NCBI GenBank assembly: GCA_048270185.1
Contig: JBLWTJ010000001.1
Span: forward strand, 576,001 to 640,000
From: Bacteriovoracaceae bacterium
GTDB taxonomy: Bacteria > Bdellovibrionota > Bacteriovoracia > Bacteriovoracales > Bacteriovoracaceae
Length of the DNA: 64,000 nt
Direction of reading: 5' to 3'
This document shows, in pieces, positions 20,432-30,455 of this stretch. Both the position numbers and the translations under genes were made by a program. Numbering within the stretch: position 1 is the stretch's first letter; every line of letters begins with the position of its first letter. The notes beneath the pieces are model-generated. The model ran no database searches and was not told the DNA's origin. It saw only the letters and a list, made by a program, of their open reading frames with translations.

Positions 20432-22600
20432 ATGAGCATGAGTAATGATGCCCAATTAGAAAAGTTTTCTTACAATGATAAGATTTCAAAAGCTTTTCTA
20501 ATGGCAACTGTTTTCTGGGGTGCAATTGCACTCTTTATGGGTGTTTTTGTAGCCTTTCAATTGGCCTACTGGAAATTTAATCTCGGATTAGAATGGACAA
20601 CTTTTGGACGTCTAAGACCACTTCATACAAATGCTGCAATCTTTGCATTTGTTGGAAACGGAATGTTTCTTGGAGTTTATTACTCAACACAAAGACTCTG
20701 TAAGGCCAGAATTTTCTCTGACTTCTTATCATGGGTACACTTTTGGGGCTGGCAGCTGATTATTGTAGCGGCGGCCATTACACTTCCACTAGGGATTACA
20801 ACAGGTAAGGAATATGCTGAGTTAGAGTGGCCAATCGATATTGCCATTGCTGTTATCTGGGTTGTCTTTGCGGTAAACTTTATCGGAACTTTAATTAAGA
20901 GACGTGAAAGACATATGTACGTTGCACTGTGGTTCTATATCGCAACAATCGTAACAATTGCTGTTCTTCACATCTTCAACTCTCTATCTTTACCAGTAAG
21001 CTTTTTAAAATCTTACCCAGTATATGCAGGAGTTCAAGATGCACTTGTTCAGTGGTGGTACGGTCACAATGCTGTTGCCTTCTTCTTAACAACTCCGTTC
21101 TTAGGGATCACATATTACTTCTTACCAAAGACTGCGAATCGTCCGATCTACTCTTATCGTCTATCGATCATTCACTATTGGTCATTAGTATTTATCTATA
21201 TCTGGGCCGGTCCTCACCACCTTCTCTACTCTTCTGTTCCTGATTGGGTTCAGACACTAGGGATGACATTTTCAATTATTCTATGGATGCCATCTTGGGG
21301 TGGGATGATTAACTTCCTTCTAACTCTTCGTGGAGTTTGGGATAAAGTTAGAACTGAGCCAATGCTTAAATTCTTTGCGACTGCTGTAACTTTCTACGGT
21401 ATGGCAACATTTGAAGGTCCACTTCTATCAATCAAATCAGTTAACTATATTGGTCACTTCACTGACTGGGTTGTTGGTCACGTTCACGCGGGAACAATCG
21501 GTTGGAACTATATGCTAATTGCTGGTGTTCTCTATTTCTGTACAGAGAAACTTTGGGATACAAAGATCTTCTCTAAAAAGATGGCCAACACTCAGTTTTG
21601 GTTAGCAACAATTGGGCTTTTACTCTACATGATGTCAATGTGGGTAGCAGGTATTACTCAAGGTCTAATGTGGCGTGCTGTTGATACAACAGGAAAGTTA
21701 GTTTATCCAAACTTCATTGAAACAGTTGTAAAAATTGTTCCAATGTACTGGGTACGTGCTTTTGGTGGTGTATTTATTCTAACAAGCTTTATCCTGATGG
21801 TTATCAACCTTTGGATGACTTATCAGAAATCAAAAATTAAACCAATTGGTCATACTGAACAAGATGATAAGGAACCAGTATTCCAAGCGGCTCCTCTTAA
21901 GGCAACTTATGATAATAGTAAAGAAGACGCTCACAGAAAGCTTGAAGGTCTTCCTGTAACTTTCACTATTCTATCAATCGTTGCCATTCTCGTCGGTGGT
22001 GCAATTGAGATTATTCCTTCAATTTTATCGAATCGATTTGTCGAAGTTGACCCAAGAGTTAAACCATATACTCCACTTGAATTACTTGGACGCGATGTCT
22101 ACGTGAAAGAAGGATGCTATGTATGTCACTCTCAACAAATTAGACCAACTGTTGCTGAAAAGCTACGTTATGGTAACCCGTCGACTGCAGCGGAATCAGT
22201 TTACGATCGTCCATTCCAGTGGGGATCACGTCGTATCGGTCCAGACCTTGCTCGAGTAGGTGGAAAGTATAATGATATGTGGCACTTCCGTCACATGATC
22301 AACCCACGTGAAGTAACACCAAAATCAATCATGCCTAATTATGATTGGCTAACTAAGAATAAAGTTAATTTCAAGATACTACCTAAGAAGATTAATGCAA
22401 TGGTAGCACTTGGAACTCCTTATTCTGAAGATGTTGTTGCTAACTCAATTGATATGGCAATGGAGCAAGCTCAGAAAATCACTGAAGGATTAAATGAGCA
22501 CGGAGTACCAATGACAATGGCAGACAAAGAAATCATTGCTCTAATCGCTTATCTACAACGCCTAGGAATTGATACTAAAGAAGTACAAGGGGCACAGTAA
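20432..22600 (+). CDS. ccoNO: cbb3-type cytochrome c oxidase fused subunits I/II
   Basis: RLRPLHT, WYGHN, GPHH, GHVH, then CcoO GCYVCHSQ, WGSRRIGPDL, SIMP. Confidence 0.95.
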   Translation: MSMSNDAQLEKFSYNDKISKAFLMATVFWGAIALFMGVFVAFQLAYWKFNLGLEWTTFGRLRPLHTNAAIFAFVGNGMFLGVYYSTQRLCKARIFSDFLSWVHFWGWQLIIVAAAITLPLGITTGKEYAELEWPIDIAIAVIWVVFAVNFIGTLIKRRERHMYVALWFYIATIVTIAVLHIFNSLSLPVSFLKSYPVYAGVQDALVQWWYGHNAVAFFLTTPFLGITYYFLPKTANRPIYSYRLSIIHYWSLVFIYIWAGPHHLLYSSVPDWVQTLGMTFSIILWMPSWGGMINFLLTLRGVWDKVRTEPMLKFFATAVTFYGMATFEGPLLSIKSVNYIGHFTDWVVGHVHAGTIGWNYMLIAGVLYFCTEKLWDTKIFSKKMANTQFWLATIGLLLYMMSMWVAGITQGLMWRAVDTTGKLVYPNFIETVVKIVPMYWVRAFGGVFILTSFILMVINLWMTYQKSKIKPIGHTEQDDKEPVFQAAPLKATYDNSKEDAHRKLEGLPVTFTILSIVAILVGGAIEIIPSILSNRFVEVDPRVKPYTPLELLGRDVYVKEGCYVCHSQQIRPTVAEKLRYGNPSTAAESVYDRPFQWGSRRIGPDLARVGGKYNDMWHFRHMINPREVTPKSIMPNYDWLTKNKVNFKILPKKINAMVALGTPYSEDVVANSIDMAMEQAQKITEGLNEHGVPMTMADKEIIALIAYLQRLGIDTKEVQGAQ

Positions 22601-22791
22601 TGAAAGCAGAAGTAATGAGCAATATGACTTGGGACTGGATGCCAGTTGTTGGTTTACTTATTTTTGTAGCAATCTTCACATTGGCTTTCCTTTGGTCAAT
22701 GAGACCTGGCTCAACGAAGCTATACAATGAAGTTGCAAATAATGCCCTCTCTGATGGAGAAAGAGCACCTAAGGGGAATGACAATGAGTAG
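22600..22791 (+). CDS. ccoQ: cbb3 oxidase small subunit CcoQ
   Basis: Single-TM small ORF between ccoNO and ccoP. Confidence 0.85.
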   Translation: MKAEVMSNMTWDWMPVVGLLIFVAIFTLAFLWSMRPGSTKLYNEVANNALSDGERAPKGNDNE

Positions 22792-23392
22792 TGAAAATAA
22801 AAACAATAATGAAAATATCGTTTTAGAAGATGAAAAACACTTAGTCCTTGATCACGACTATGATGGAATCCAAGAGCTTGACCACCCACTACCAGGTTGG
22901 TGGAGTGGTATCTGGGCCCTTACATTCATTTTTTCGATCCCATATTTTATGTATTACGTCCTAATGGATGGGCCAACTCTTGAAGAAACTTATAAGATTG
23001 AGATGGCAGAGATGCAAAAGATCATCGATGCAGAAGCGGCCAATACTGCTAATTTTGATATTGAGAAATACAATAGCTATGTCGCAACAGATTCGGCAAA
23101 AGAGCACGGAAAGAATGTATTCATTGAAAACTGTGCCGCTTGCCACCTTGAAGATGGTGGAGGTGATATTGGTCCGAACCTGACAGATGATTACTGGCTA
23201 AATATCAAAGAATTTAAACCAGAAGCAATTTATAGTTTTGTTGTTCATGGTAATGAAGACAAAGGGATGCCTGCTTGGGGTGATATTCTTAGTAAAGAAG
23301 ATATCATGGCCGTTACAGAACATGTCATCTCGCTACATGGAACTACTCCGGCCAAGGCCAAAGACCCACAAGGTGAAGTACTTGCCAAGTAG
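22784..23392 (+). CDS. ccoP: cbb3 oxidase subunit III, mono-heme
   Basis: DHDYDGIQELDHPLPGWW, single CAACH, GPNLTD, GMPAW. Confidence 0.92.
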   Translation: MSSENKNNNENIVLEDEKHLVLDHDYDGIQELDHPLPGWWSGIWALTFIFSIPYFMYYVLMDGPTLEETYKIEMAEMQKIIDAEAANTANFDIEKYNSYVATDSAKEHGKNVFIENCAACHLEDGGGDIGPNLTDDYWLNIKEFKPEAIYSFVVHGNEDKGMPAWGDILSKEDIMAVTEHVISLHGTTPAKAKDPQGEVLAK

Positions 23393-23413
23393 GTCAAGAA
23401 ATTAGAAGGAAAT

Positions 23414-24817
23414 ATGACAAAGAAATCACAATTTGAATTACACGACTCAAGACTTGGAACAACAGATGACACAGGTCATAGAGTTTTTCTCTTTCCCGAA
23501 GAAGTTAAAGGTATTTGGCGAACAAGGCGTGAAATATTCTATTGGATTCTTATCTTTGTTTATCTAATTTTGCCGTGGATATATATTGGAGGAGAACAAA
23601 GTATTCTCCTCAATATTCCTGCCCGTGAGTTTTCATTCTTTTCGTATAAATTCTATGCCCACAATGCGCCAATTCTCATCTTCATTTTACTTGGGTTTCT
23701 TTTTTCAGTTGGGATCATTACAAGTATGTTTGGGCGAGTATGGTGTGGTTGGGCCTGTCCACAGACAGTCTTTATCGATACAATCTTTCGCCGTATCGAA
23801 TCCCTTGTCGAAGGGAAACCTCGTGCAAGAAAGAAGCTAGATGAAGCTCCATGGAGTAAAGAGAAGCTATTAAAAAGAAGTTTAAAATGGTTTCTATTTC
23901 TAGTTGTCTCCCTCCACATCTCTCATACTTTCTTAGGTTACTTTGTAGGAACACATAGACTGCTATCAATTAGTTTTCAAAATCCATCTGAGAACTTCAC
24001 TCTCTTTACAATCATGTTAATTATTACATCGATTGTAATTTTAGACTTTGGTTGGTTTAGGGAGCAGTTTTGTATCATTGCATGTCCTTACGGGCGTATG
24101 CAGTCTGTTATCATGGACGAGAATTCAATGGCCATTCTCTACGATGAGAAACGTGGTGAACCTCGTCGCGAACCTGGAATGAAGCCAGAAGAGCATGGAG
24201 ACTGTATTAATTGCTATGCATGTGTAAAAGCCTGCCCTACCGGTATTGATATTCGTCGTGGAGTGCAACTTGAGTGTATTGCTTGTACAAATTGTATTGA
24301 TGCATGTGACGATATTATGACTAAGATCAAAAAACCCAAAGGTCTAATACGCTACGACACTCAAAACTCAATGGACGGTAAAGGTAAGAAGTTTTTTACA
24401 ATCAGAAATATTGGTTACCTCATTATTCTGATTGGTATTCTAATCGGCTTTATCTTCAGTCTCTCATCATCACAAGAGATTTCAACACAAGTTCTAAGAG
24501 GGCCAGGAACTCCTTATCGAGTTCACTCTCCTACAACAACCCTAAACCACTTCCAGCTGACATTTGAGCAAAGTGGAACAATTAAAACTCATCATATCAA
24601 GGTTGAAATTGCAGGCATCCCTAAAGATAGCTATGAAATCAAAATGCAACGAAATCCATTTGAGTTTAAAACAAATCACAAACGTATGAACGTCTTTGTT
24701 GTTTTTAACAACACTCAGCTCGTTAACGGAAGTCATAAGATTATATTCTTAATCACTGATCTTGAGTCAAAGAAAGTGATTGAGAAAGAGGCGGTTTTAG
24801 TTGGACCAACTAAGTAG
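23414..24817 (+). CDS. ccoG: Cytochrome c oxidase accessory ferredoxin-like protein
   Basis: GRVWCGWACPQT, CIIACPYGR, CINCYACVKACP, CIACTNCIDAC. Confidence 0.95.
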   Translation: MTKKSQFELHDSRLGTTDDTGHRVFLFPEEVKGIWRTRREIFYWILIFVYLILPWIYIGGEQSILLNIPAREFSFFSYKFYAHNAPILIFILLGFLFSVGIITSMFGRVWCGWACPQTVFIDTIFRRIESLVEGKPRARKKLDEAPWSKEKLLKRSLKWFLFLVVSLHISHTFLGYFVGTHRLLSISFQNPSENFTLFTIMLIITSIVILDFGWFREQFCIIACPYGRMQSVIMDENSMAILYDEKRGEPRREPGMKPEEHGDCINCYACVKACPTGIDIRRGVQLECIACTNCIDACDDIMTKIKKPKGLIRYDTQNSMDGKGKKFFTIRNIGYLIILIGILIGFIFSLSSSQEISTQVLRGPGTPYRVHSPTTTLNHFQLTFEQSGTIKTHHIKVEIAGIPKDSYEIKMQRNPFEFKTNHKRMNVFVVFNNTQLVNGSHKIIFLITDLESKKVIEKEAVLVGPTK

Positions 24818-25514
24818 CCTAAACGGCATATCACCATACTTAATAATAAGCGGGGCCCTAACAATGGGACTTGTCGCAAATTTCCACTGCGTGGGAATGT
24901 GCGGTGGTATTACCATGGCCGTCTCAAAGACTTTTACGCAAAATCTTTCCTATCAAGTTGGACGATTACTAGGATACTTAAGTGTTGCTATGATTATCCC
25001 CCTATTGGGCTTTACCATGCTTGATTTTAAATCAAACCCATATCTGATGCTCTTTTCTAGTATCAGTATCGGTGTGATTTTCTTATGGATGGGCCTTAAG
25101 AGATTATTTAAGTTTAAAAATTTAAGATTAGCGAACTCGATTGCAGACAGGCTACACAAGCTTAATGGAAGACTCTGGCCTAAGATAGCAAAGCGTTTTG
25201 GTAAGAGTCCTCTAATCTTTAACTTCTTCATCGGAAGCATAAGTGTTCTCTTACCATGTGGACTACTTTGGGCGATGCTTGCTCTTGCTATAAGTGCAGC
25301 GTCTCCGATACTTGCAGCAACTTTTGTGTTCTTCTTTTGGCTTGGAACTCTTCCAGGGCTTCTGATTGGACCAAGTGCAATTAATAAAATAAAATTACCT
25401 GCGAGATTGCAGCTAGGAACTCCCTATCTCTTCTTACTTATAGGAACGGTTACAATTGCATATAGAGTATATGCAATGTGGAACCCACACGCCGGAGCTC
25501 CTGCATGTCATTAA
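24801..25514 (+). CDS. DsbD_2 / TauE-SafE family membrane protein of cco clusters
   Basis: HCVGMCGG, YQVGRLLGY, LLPCGL, FWLGTLP, C-terminal CH. Confidence 0.88.
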   Translation: MDQLSSLNGISPYLIISGALTMGLVANFHCVGMCGGITMAVSKTFTQNLSYQVGRLLGYLSVAMIIPLLGFTMLDFKSNPYLMLFSSISIGVIFLWMGLKRLFKFKNLRLANSIADRLHKLNGRLWPKIAKRFGKSPLIFNFFIGSISVLLPCGLLWAMLALAISAASPILAATFVFFFWLGTLPGLLIGPSAINKIKLPARLQLGTPYLFLLIGTVTIAYRVYAMWNPHAGAPACH

Positions 25515-25519
25515 AGAAA

Positions 25520-25639
25520 ATGGTTAAGAAATTTTTCCGTAATCCAGACTATTACGCCTTTAATTGGCTTATCTTTACAGTTATTATTCTCTTTCCATGC
25601 CTACTTGTGGCACTAACTGTGAAGTATTGGTCTTGGTAG
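25520..25639 (+). CDS. Small single-TM protein (39 aa, not in ORF track)
   Basis: MVKKFFRNPDYYAFNWLIFTVIILFPCLLVALTVKYWSW; starts 5 nt after the preceding stop; RBS is weak. Confidence 0.5.
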   Translation: MVKKFFRNPDYYAFNWLIFTVIILFPCLLVALTVKYWSW

Positions 25640-25731
25640 GTGCCATGCTCCTTTGGTTTCGCACCTGCTAAATCAACGGGAGTAGCAAGAAATCGTTTTT
25701 AGCAGGTGCGAAACCAAAGGAGCATGGCACC
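25639..25731. repeat. 34-bp perfect inverted repeat (REP/REPIN- or MITE-like)
   Basis: GGTGCCATGCTCCTTTGGTTTCGCACCTGCTAAA at 25639-25672 and its exact reverse complement at 25698-25731; 25-nt spacer. Confidence 0.9.
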
Positions 25732-25736
25732 CTAGT

Positions 25737-26204
25737 CTATTTACACTCGCGCATGCGTTGTAGTAATTCGCTATCTTCTGCACGAATCTTATCTCTTAGA
25801 TAATCAACTACGGTTGAGTTTTGTTGAATGATTTTTACAAGTCGACATAGGAAGACATTATCCTCTGCGCTTTCAACAATAGACCAAGCATTAACGACAT
25901 TATTTGTTTCATAGAAAAATTTAAAGAAGAGCTCTTCATATTCAAGTTTTACATTCTTTCCGGCCTGAGCTGTTAGTTGCTGTCCAATGGCCTCATCGTG
26001 AATTGAAAAACTCCAAGTAAGCTTATCACCACTACCGAGATCAAGAGTTCCTTCATAAGTTTTAAAGACCACACCTTTCTTAGTGATACGAACAAGTTTA
26101 CCTGAACGTGTTCCGTCTGACTTTGGATACTTCATCAGTCCCCAACCGAGTAAACCAGTTAAAGTGATAAGAATGAATAGCGTGAAAAATAATTTCTTCT
26201 TCAA
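25737..26204 (-). CDS. Membrane-anchored conserved hypothetical protein
   Basis: N-terminal TM; SDGTRSGKL..KKGVVFKTYEG motif. Confidence 0.75.
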   Translation of the reverse strand: MKKKLFFTLFILITLTGLLGWGLMKYPKSDGTRSGKLVRITKKGVVFKTYEGTLDLGSGDKLTWSFSIHDEAIGQQLTAQAGKNVKLEYEELFFKFFYETNNVVNAWSIVESAEDNVFLCRLVKIIQQNSTVVDYLRDKIRAEDSELLQRMRECK

Positions 26205-26356
26205 AATTGAACCCTCTATTGGAATTTTTAATGTTCTTATTTTAACTCAATGCCTTTAAATAGCAACTAATGGGCCTCTAAATATTAAGACCTCTTAAGT
26301 TTCATGCACTGACAAAGTGCGCTAAATTCACATTAGCCTATAACGGAGGTTAGTGG

Positions 26357-27685
26357 GTGTTTGATTTTATCGATCTTACAGATACACAGGCCATTATTCC
26401 CGTTCTCGGGTTATGCCTACTCCTATGTCTCATTGCCGCTCGCTTTTCAAAAACTGTTGGCCTGCCAAAAGTTTCTGCTTTTATCATGTTGGGAATCGTT
26501 CTAGGCCCTCATGCTACGGGATTAATTACTCATGAGTTTTTAGAAAAGACAAATTATCTCTCTGACCTTGCCCTTGGCCTCATTCTTTTTAATATAGGTG
26601 GTGAGTTTAATAAGTATCTCCTGAGGCGTCTTTCAACGCAGGTTATTAAGGAAACACAAATCAAGGTCTTGTTGATGTTTGGTATAAGTGCACTGGCCTT
26701 TACCATCACACTCTTAATCTTCTCAGGTCTTTCGGTTGCCAATATTCTTATTATTTCAATTATGCTTGCTGTAATTAGTGTTGAAGCGGCACCTCCAACC
26801 ACAGTCCTTGTCATGAAAGAGTACAATACTCACGGACCTTTAACAGATGCAATTATGATTCACCTGGCTGTTGTGACAGGCTTTACAATTATTGGAAGCC
26901 TTATATTTACGGCATTTTTTCAGGCAACAGGGTTTTGGCCTTCTTTTGCATCCTCTTACGAAATCATACTTACCACGACCAAAAATATTCTGGGCTCAAT
27001 TGCCATAGGAGTTGCTCTTGGCCTCATGCTCACGTGGCTTGAGAATTTCGATAATAAGATCGGAAATTTTCTCTTCTCAATATTAACGATGATTCTCTTT
27101 GCTCAAACACTTGCCTACTTCCTCAATCTCAATGTCTTACTCATATCACTAGTCCTAGGCTTCACTGTCACCCAAGCTTCATCAAAGGGCCGTCTAATTC
27201 ACACAACAGTCAGAGATATAGGTTCATCTTTGTATGCCATCTTCTTTGTCTATGCTGGTACTCATATCAATATTGCAGGACTTGTTTCTGAAAATGCCCT
27301 CTATGTGATTATGTATATTGTCATTCGCGTTGCATCTATCGTCATCTCACATAAAGTCTTTGCTAAAAGAGTTACAGAAAATAACTATGAACTCTTAGGG
27401 CATTGCCTCTACTCCCATGCAGGGACTGCCATTGCAATTGCCATGGTCATTGGAAAGATTCCCCATGTCACAAGTGATATTATCTTTCAAACTATCATAT
27501 CAAGTATCTTTATCTTTGAAATTGCAGGTCCTTTAATTCTCAAGGAAACACTTAAGCGCAGCGGTGAGGTCTCTCTTGAGCAAGGCACACAAAATCAACT
27601 TCGCTTAATCCAGGAGAAGAATCGAAGTTTTTTACGCATAACAAAAGACTTTATTACCAATAGTCTCCACTCTCTCAAGAAATAG
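26357..27685 (+). CDS. Cation:proton antiporter family protein
   Basis: About 12 TM; GIVLGP, LFNIGGEF, IFFVYAG, FEIAGP. Confidence 0.85.
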   Translation: MFDFIDLTDTQAIIPVLGLCLLLCLIAARFSKTVGLPKVSAFIMLGIVLGPHATGLITHEFLEKTNYLSDLALGLILFNIGGEFNKYLLRRLSTQVIKETQIKVLLMFGISALAFTITLLIFSGLSVANILIISIMLAVISVEAAPPTTVLVMKEYNTHGPLTDAIMIHLAVVTGFTIIGSLIFTAFFQATGFWPSFASSYEIILTTTKNILGSIAIGVALGLMLTWLENFDNKIGNFLFSILTMILFAQTLAYFLNLNVLLISLVLGFTVTQASSKGRLIHTTVRDIGSSLYAIFFVYAGTHINIAGLVSENALYVIMYIVIRVASIVISHKVFAKRVTENNYELLGHCLYSHAGTAIAIAMVIGKIPHVTSDIIFQTIISSIFIFEIAGPLILKETLKRSGEVSLEQGTQNQLRLIQEKNRSFLRITKDFITNSLHSLKK

Positions 27686-27729
27686 AAAATACTTTTGTCA
27701 GGATTAACAACATGAGTTAAGATAGGGCC

Positions 27730-28437
27730 ATGGAAAATACCACAGTAGACAGCGATCAAGTTGACCAAGCTCAAGAAGAGTCCGTTGAAGAAGTATCACT
27801 AGATAAGACGCAGGCCGAAGAAATCACCAAGACCAGAAAAGACCTTCACATGCCAAGAAGAGTCTTTCACTTTGGAAGCGGTCTAATTGCTGGAATGATC
27901 TATAAGCACTTTCTGACACACGCTCAGGCCGTCCACATTCTAGGGATCGCCACTTGTCTATTCTATATTCTTGAACAGATTCGTCTAAATTATCCCGAAA
28001 ATAAATTAACCAAGCTTGGCTCGCGCTATCTTCTTCGCGCTGAAGAACAATTAAAAGAATCAGCTTCCATGCCATATATGATGGGACTACTACTAACAAT
28101 CTTAACATTTCCAAAAACGATCTCACTTGTTGCAATCTTCACACTTGCCGTATGTGATCCATTAAGTGCCATTATTGGCATTCGTTTTGGAAAGACAAAG
28201 CTTGCTCCAAATCGCTCTTTAGAAGGGACTATGGCCTTCTTAATTGCAACACTTGTCATTCACCTCTTAGTACTTGGTAATGTCTATGACTTCAATTTAA
28301 GGATTGCCCTTGTCAGTGTCTTTAGTTCACTTGTGGTAACAGCTGTTGATTTTGCAGACTTTAAGATTGATGACAATTTAACAATTCCACTTTCAACGGC
28401 CGGCGCCTTGTGGTTCTTTTTAGCGGTTATTGTTTAA
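27730..28437 (+). CDS. CTP-dependent diacylglycerol/polyprenol kinase family protein
   Basis: RRVFH, DPLSAIIG, RSLEG, DDNLTIP. Confidence 0.88.
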   Translation: MENTTVDSDQVDQAQEESVEEVSLDKTQAEEITKTRKDLHMPRRVFHFGSGLIAGMIYKHFLTHAQAVHILGIATCLFYILEQIRLNYPENKLTKLGSRYLLRAEEQLKESASMPYMMGLLLTILTFPKTISLVAIFTLAVCDPLSAIIGIRFGKTKLAPNRSLEGTMAFLIATLVIHLLVLGNVYDFNLRIALVSVFSSLVVTAVDFADFKIDDNLTIPLSTAGALWFFLAVIV

Positions 28438-28703
28438 TCAAAGAATAGAAAGCGTTTCTTCTTTTTTATCTGAACACGACGAAAGAATGCTTCATTCTTG
28501 GCCTCATACTTTACTTCGATTTGACCAATCTTTTCAAATTCTTTTAAGTAGGATTCTAAAGCTTCCATGTCCACATCATCCAAGAGGCTTAAATCTTCAC
28601 TTTTGATTGAAATTAGAATATTTTCCATATTCATCCATTCAAAGAATGAGATATTTTCTAAAATTATTTCTTGGGCAAGTTCATTATCATTCATCGAATT
28701 CAC
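28434..28703 (-). CDS. Small hypothetical protein
   Basis: AGGAG RBS, 89 aa. Confidence 0.7.
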   Translation of the reverse strand: MNSMNDNELAQEIILENISFFEWMNMENILISIKSEDLSLLDDVDMEALESYLKEFEKIGQIEVKYEAKNEAFFRRVQIKKKKRFLFFD

Positions 28704-28739
28704 TTTTAAATTCTCCTAAGCACTACTATTATAGTTCAT

Positions 28740-29396
28740 ATGAAAATGAAAAATTCCCATATAGAAGTTGATGCCCCTATTCCTTTTAACTACTTAGAAT
28801 TAGGCAATGAAAAGAGTGAAAAGAACCTGTTAATCCTCCATGGTTTTGCCCAAAATAATGAGCAAATTCTCGATGAATTAGTGAAGAAACTCGATCCATC
28901 AATAAGTGAAAATTATCGCATCTTCATCCCTAATGGAATCTTTCCAATTCCTAAGATAAGAAGAGAAGGTATCAAGTACCGCTATAGCTGGTACTTCTTT
29001 GATGGAAGTAGGCAAGAATACTACGTGGATATGATCACACCGATGACGGCCATCATGAACTTCTTTAAACAATTGGAGCTAAAGGAAGTCATCGTTGTTG
29101 GTTATTCTCAAGGCGGATACCTTGCCCCAATTCTTGCAAGTCACTGCTCTATTGTTTCTGAAACAATTTCACTAAATGCAAATACAAGAGTTGATAAACT
29201 TGGGCCTGAGAAAAATTTTAAACACACCTCAATTCATAATGAAGGTGATCCAACTGTTGAATGTGAAAATTCATATAAGAGTTATGAGGCCTTAAAAGAA
29301 ATTATTAGTGAGGCCGAGTATTTTAAATTACCTGTTAATACTCATGAGATCACACAAGAGAGTATTTCAATTATCAATGATTTATTAGAAATCTAA
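28740..29396 (+). CDS. Alpha/beta hydrolase (esterase-like)
   Basis: LHGF, GYSQG, C-terminal Asp and His. Confidence 0.85.
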   Translation: MKMKNSHIEVDAPIPFNYLELGNEKSEKNLLILHGFAQNNEQILDELVKKLDPSISENYRIFIPNGIFPIPKIRREGIKYRYSWYFFDGSRQEYYVDMITPMTAIMNFFKQLELKEVIVVGYSQGGYLAPILASHCSIVSETISLNANTRVDKLGPEKNFKHTSIHNEGDPTVECENSYKSYEALKEIISEAEYFKLPVNTHEITQESISIINDLLEI

Positions 29397-30404
29397 TAAG
29401 AGATTTAAGAATTCCTTTCTCTTCTTAATTGAAATATCACGATTCACAACAAAGTTTGCATGACCTTCCCCTTGATGAAATTCAATGGTCCACATTGGAT
29501 TTGCTGAGTAAGGGAGCATGCTATAGCGAGAGTCTACAATTGAGCTCTTCTCACCCCAATGAAGAAAACCATCAGTGAAGTGTTTGAAACGTTCATAGTC
29601 ATACATGAAATTCTTTGACTGATAATGACTTAAAAGGTTCTTAACTTGTTCTTCTTTGACAATAGGAGCAGTCTCACTCTTTTCATATAATTTGATCGCA
29701 CCAAAAGGAATACTTTTTACAGCATAGAAGTGAGCATAGCTGCCATCATCAACGATCGCTCGCCAAATGACATTATTAAAAATAGTGGGTTTAACCATGA
29801 AACGTTTTGAATCATTATTAATTTTCCCCTCATTTATGAGAAATCTCGTCACGCGCATATTCTGATAGTGGCCAAGGTATAAGAAGAAGGCCAGATAACT
29901 AATGGCCAAGTAATTAAGACGAGGCTTTGAAAACTTAAGAGCACACCCTACTAAAATTAAAAGAGGTATCGTACAAAGAGGATCAATAACAGATACGGTA
30001 TTTAAGGCAACACGAGTTGAACTTAGTGGCCAAAATAATTGTGTCCCATAATTTGTAAAAGCATCAAGTAATCCATGAGTTGCATAGCCTAAGAATGTAT
30101 AGAGGTAGCTTCGTTTAATTGGCACACGAAAAAGTTTAAGAAATAAACTAACAACTAAGGCCCCAAGAGGAATAAAGAAGAGCGAGTGAGTAAAGTGTCT
30201 GTGATACTGGACATGAAAGAGAGGATCACTAGATGAGCGAATTAGAATATCCAGATCAGGGGCCATGCCACCAAGAGCTCCCCAAAGAGCGATGGCCCAA
30301 AGAGAAGGCCCCTTAGCTTCCTTTAGTTTCTTTACTTTCTTTTGACCTGAGACAGTTGCCACAGCGGCCATTGTCCCCACCACGGCCTGAGAAATTGGAT
30401 CCAT
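29385..30404 (-). CDS. Membrane-bound metal-dependent hydrolase (YdjM-like)
   Basis: PDLD, HRHFTHS, HGLLDAFTNYG, IDP. Confidence 0.88.
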   Translation of the reverse strand: MDPISQAVVGTMAAVATVSGQKKVKKLKEAKGPSLWAIALWGALGGMAPDLDILIRSSSDPLFHVQYHRHFTHSLFFIPLGALVVSLFLKLFRVPIKRSYLYTFLGYATHGLLDAFTNYGTQLFWPLSSTRVALNTVSVIDPLCTIPLLILVGCALKFSKPRLNYLAISYLAFFLYLGHYQNMRVTRFLINEGKINNDSKRFMVKPTIFNNVIWRAIVDDGSYAHFYAVKSIPFGAIKLYEKSETAPIVKEEQVKNLLSHYQSKNFMYDYERFKHFTDGFLHWGEKSSIVDSRYSMLPYSANPMWTIEFHQGEGHANFVVNRDISIKKRKEFLNLLLDF

Positions 30405-30455
30405 TAAGCGTTCCTCAAATCTAGTTTATCTAACCCTCCTATGTTACCATAAAGC

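Noticed and set aside
25639..25731. CRISPR repeat or tRNA interpretation of the long repeat
   Set aside because: Only two copies, inverted rather than direct; no cas genes and no cloverleaf
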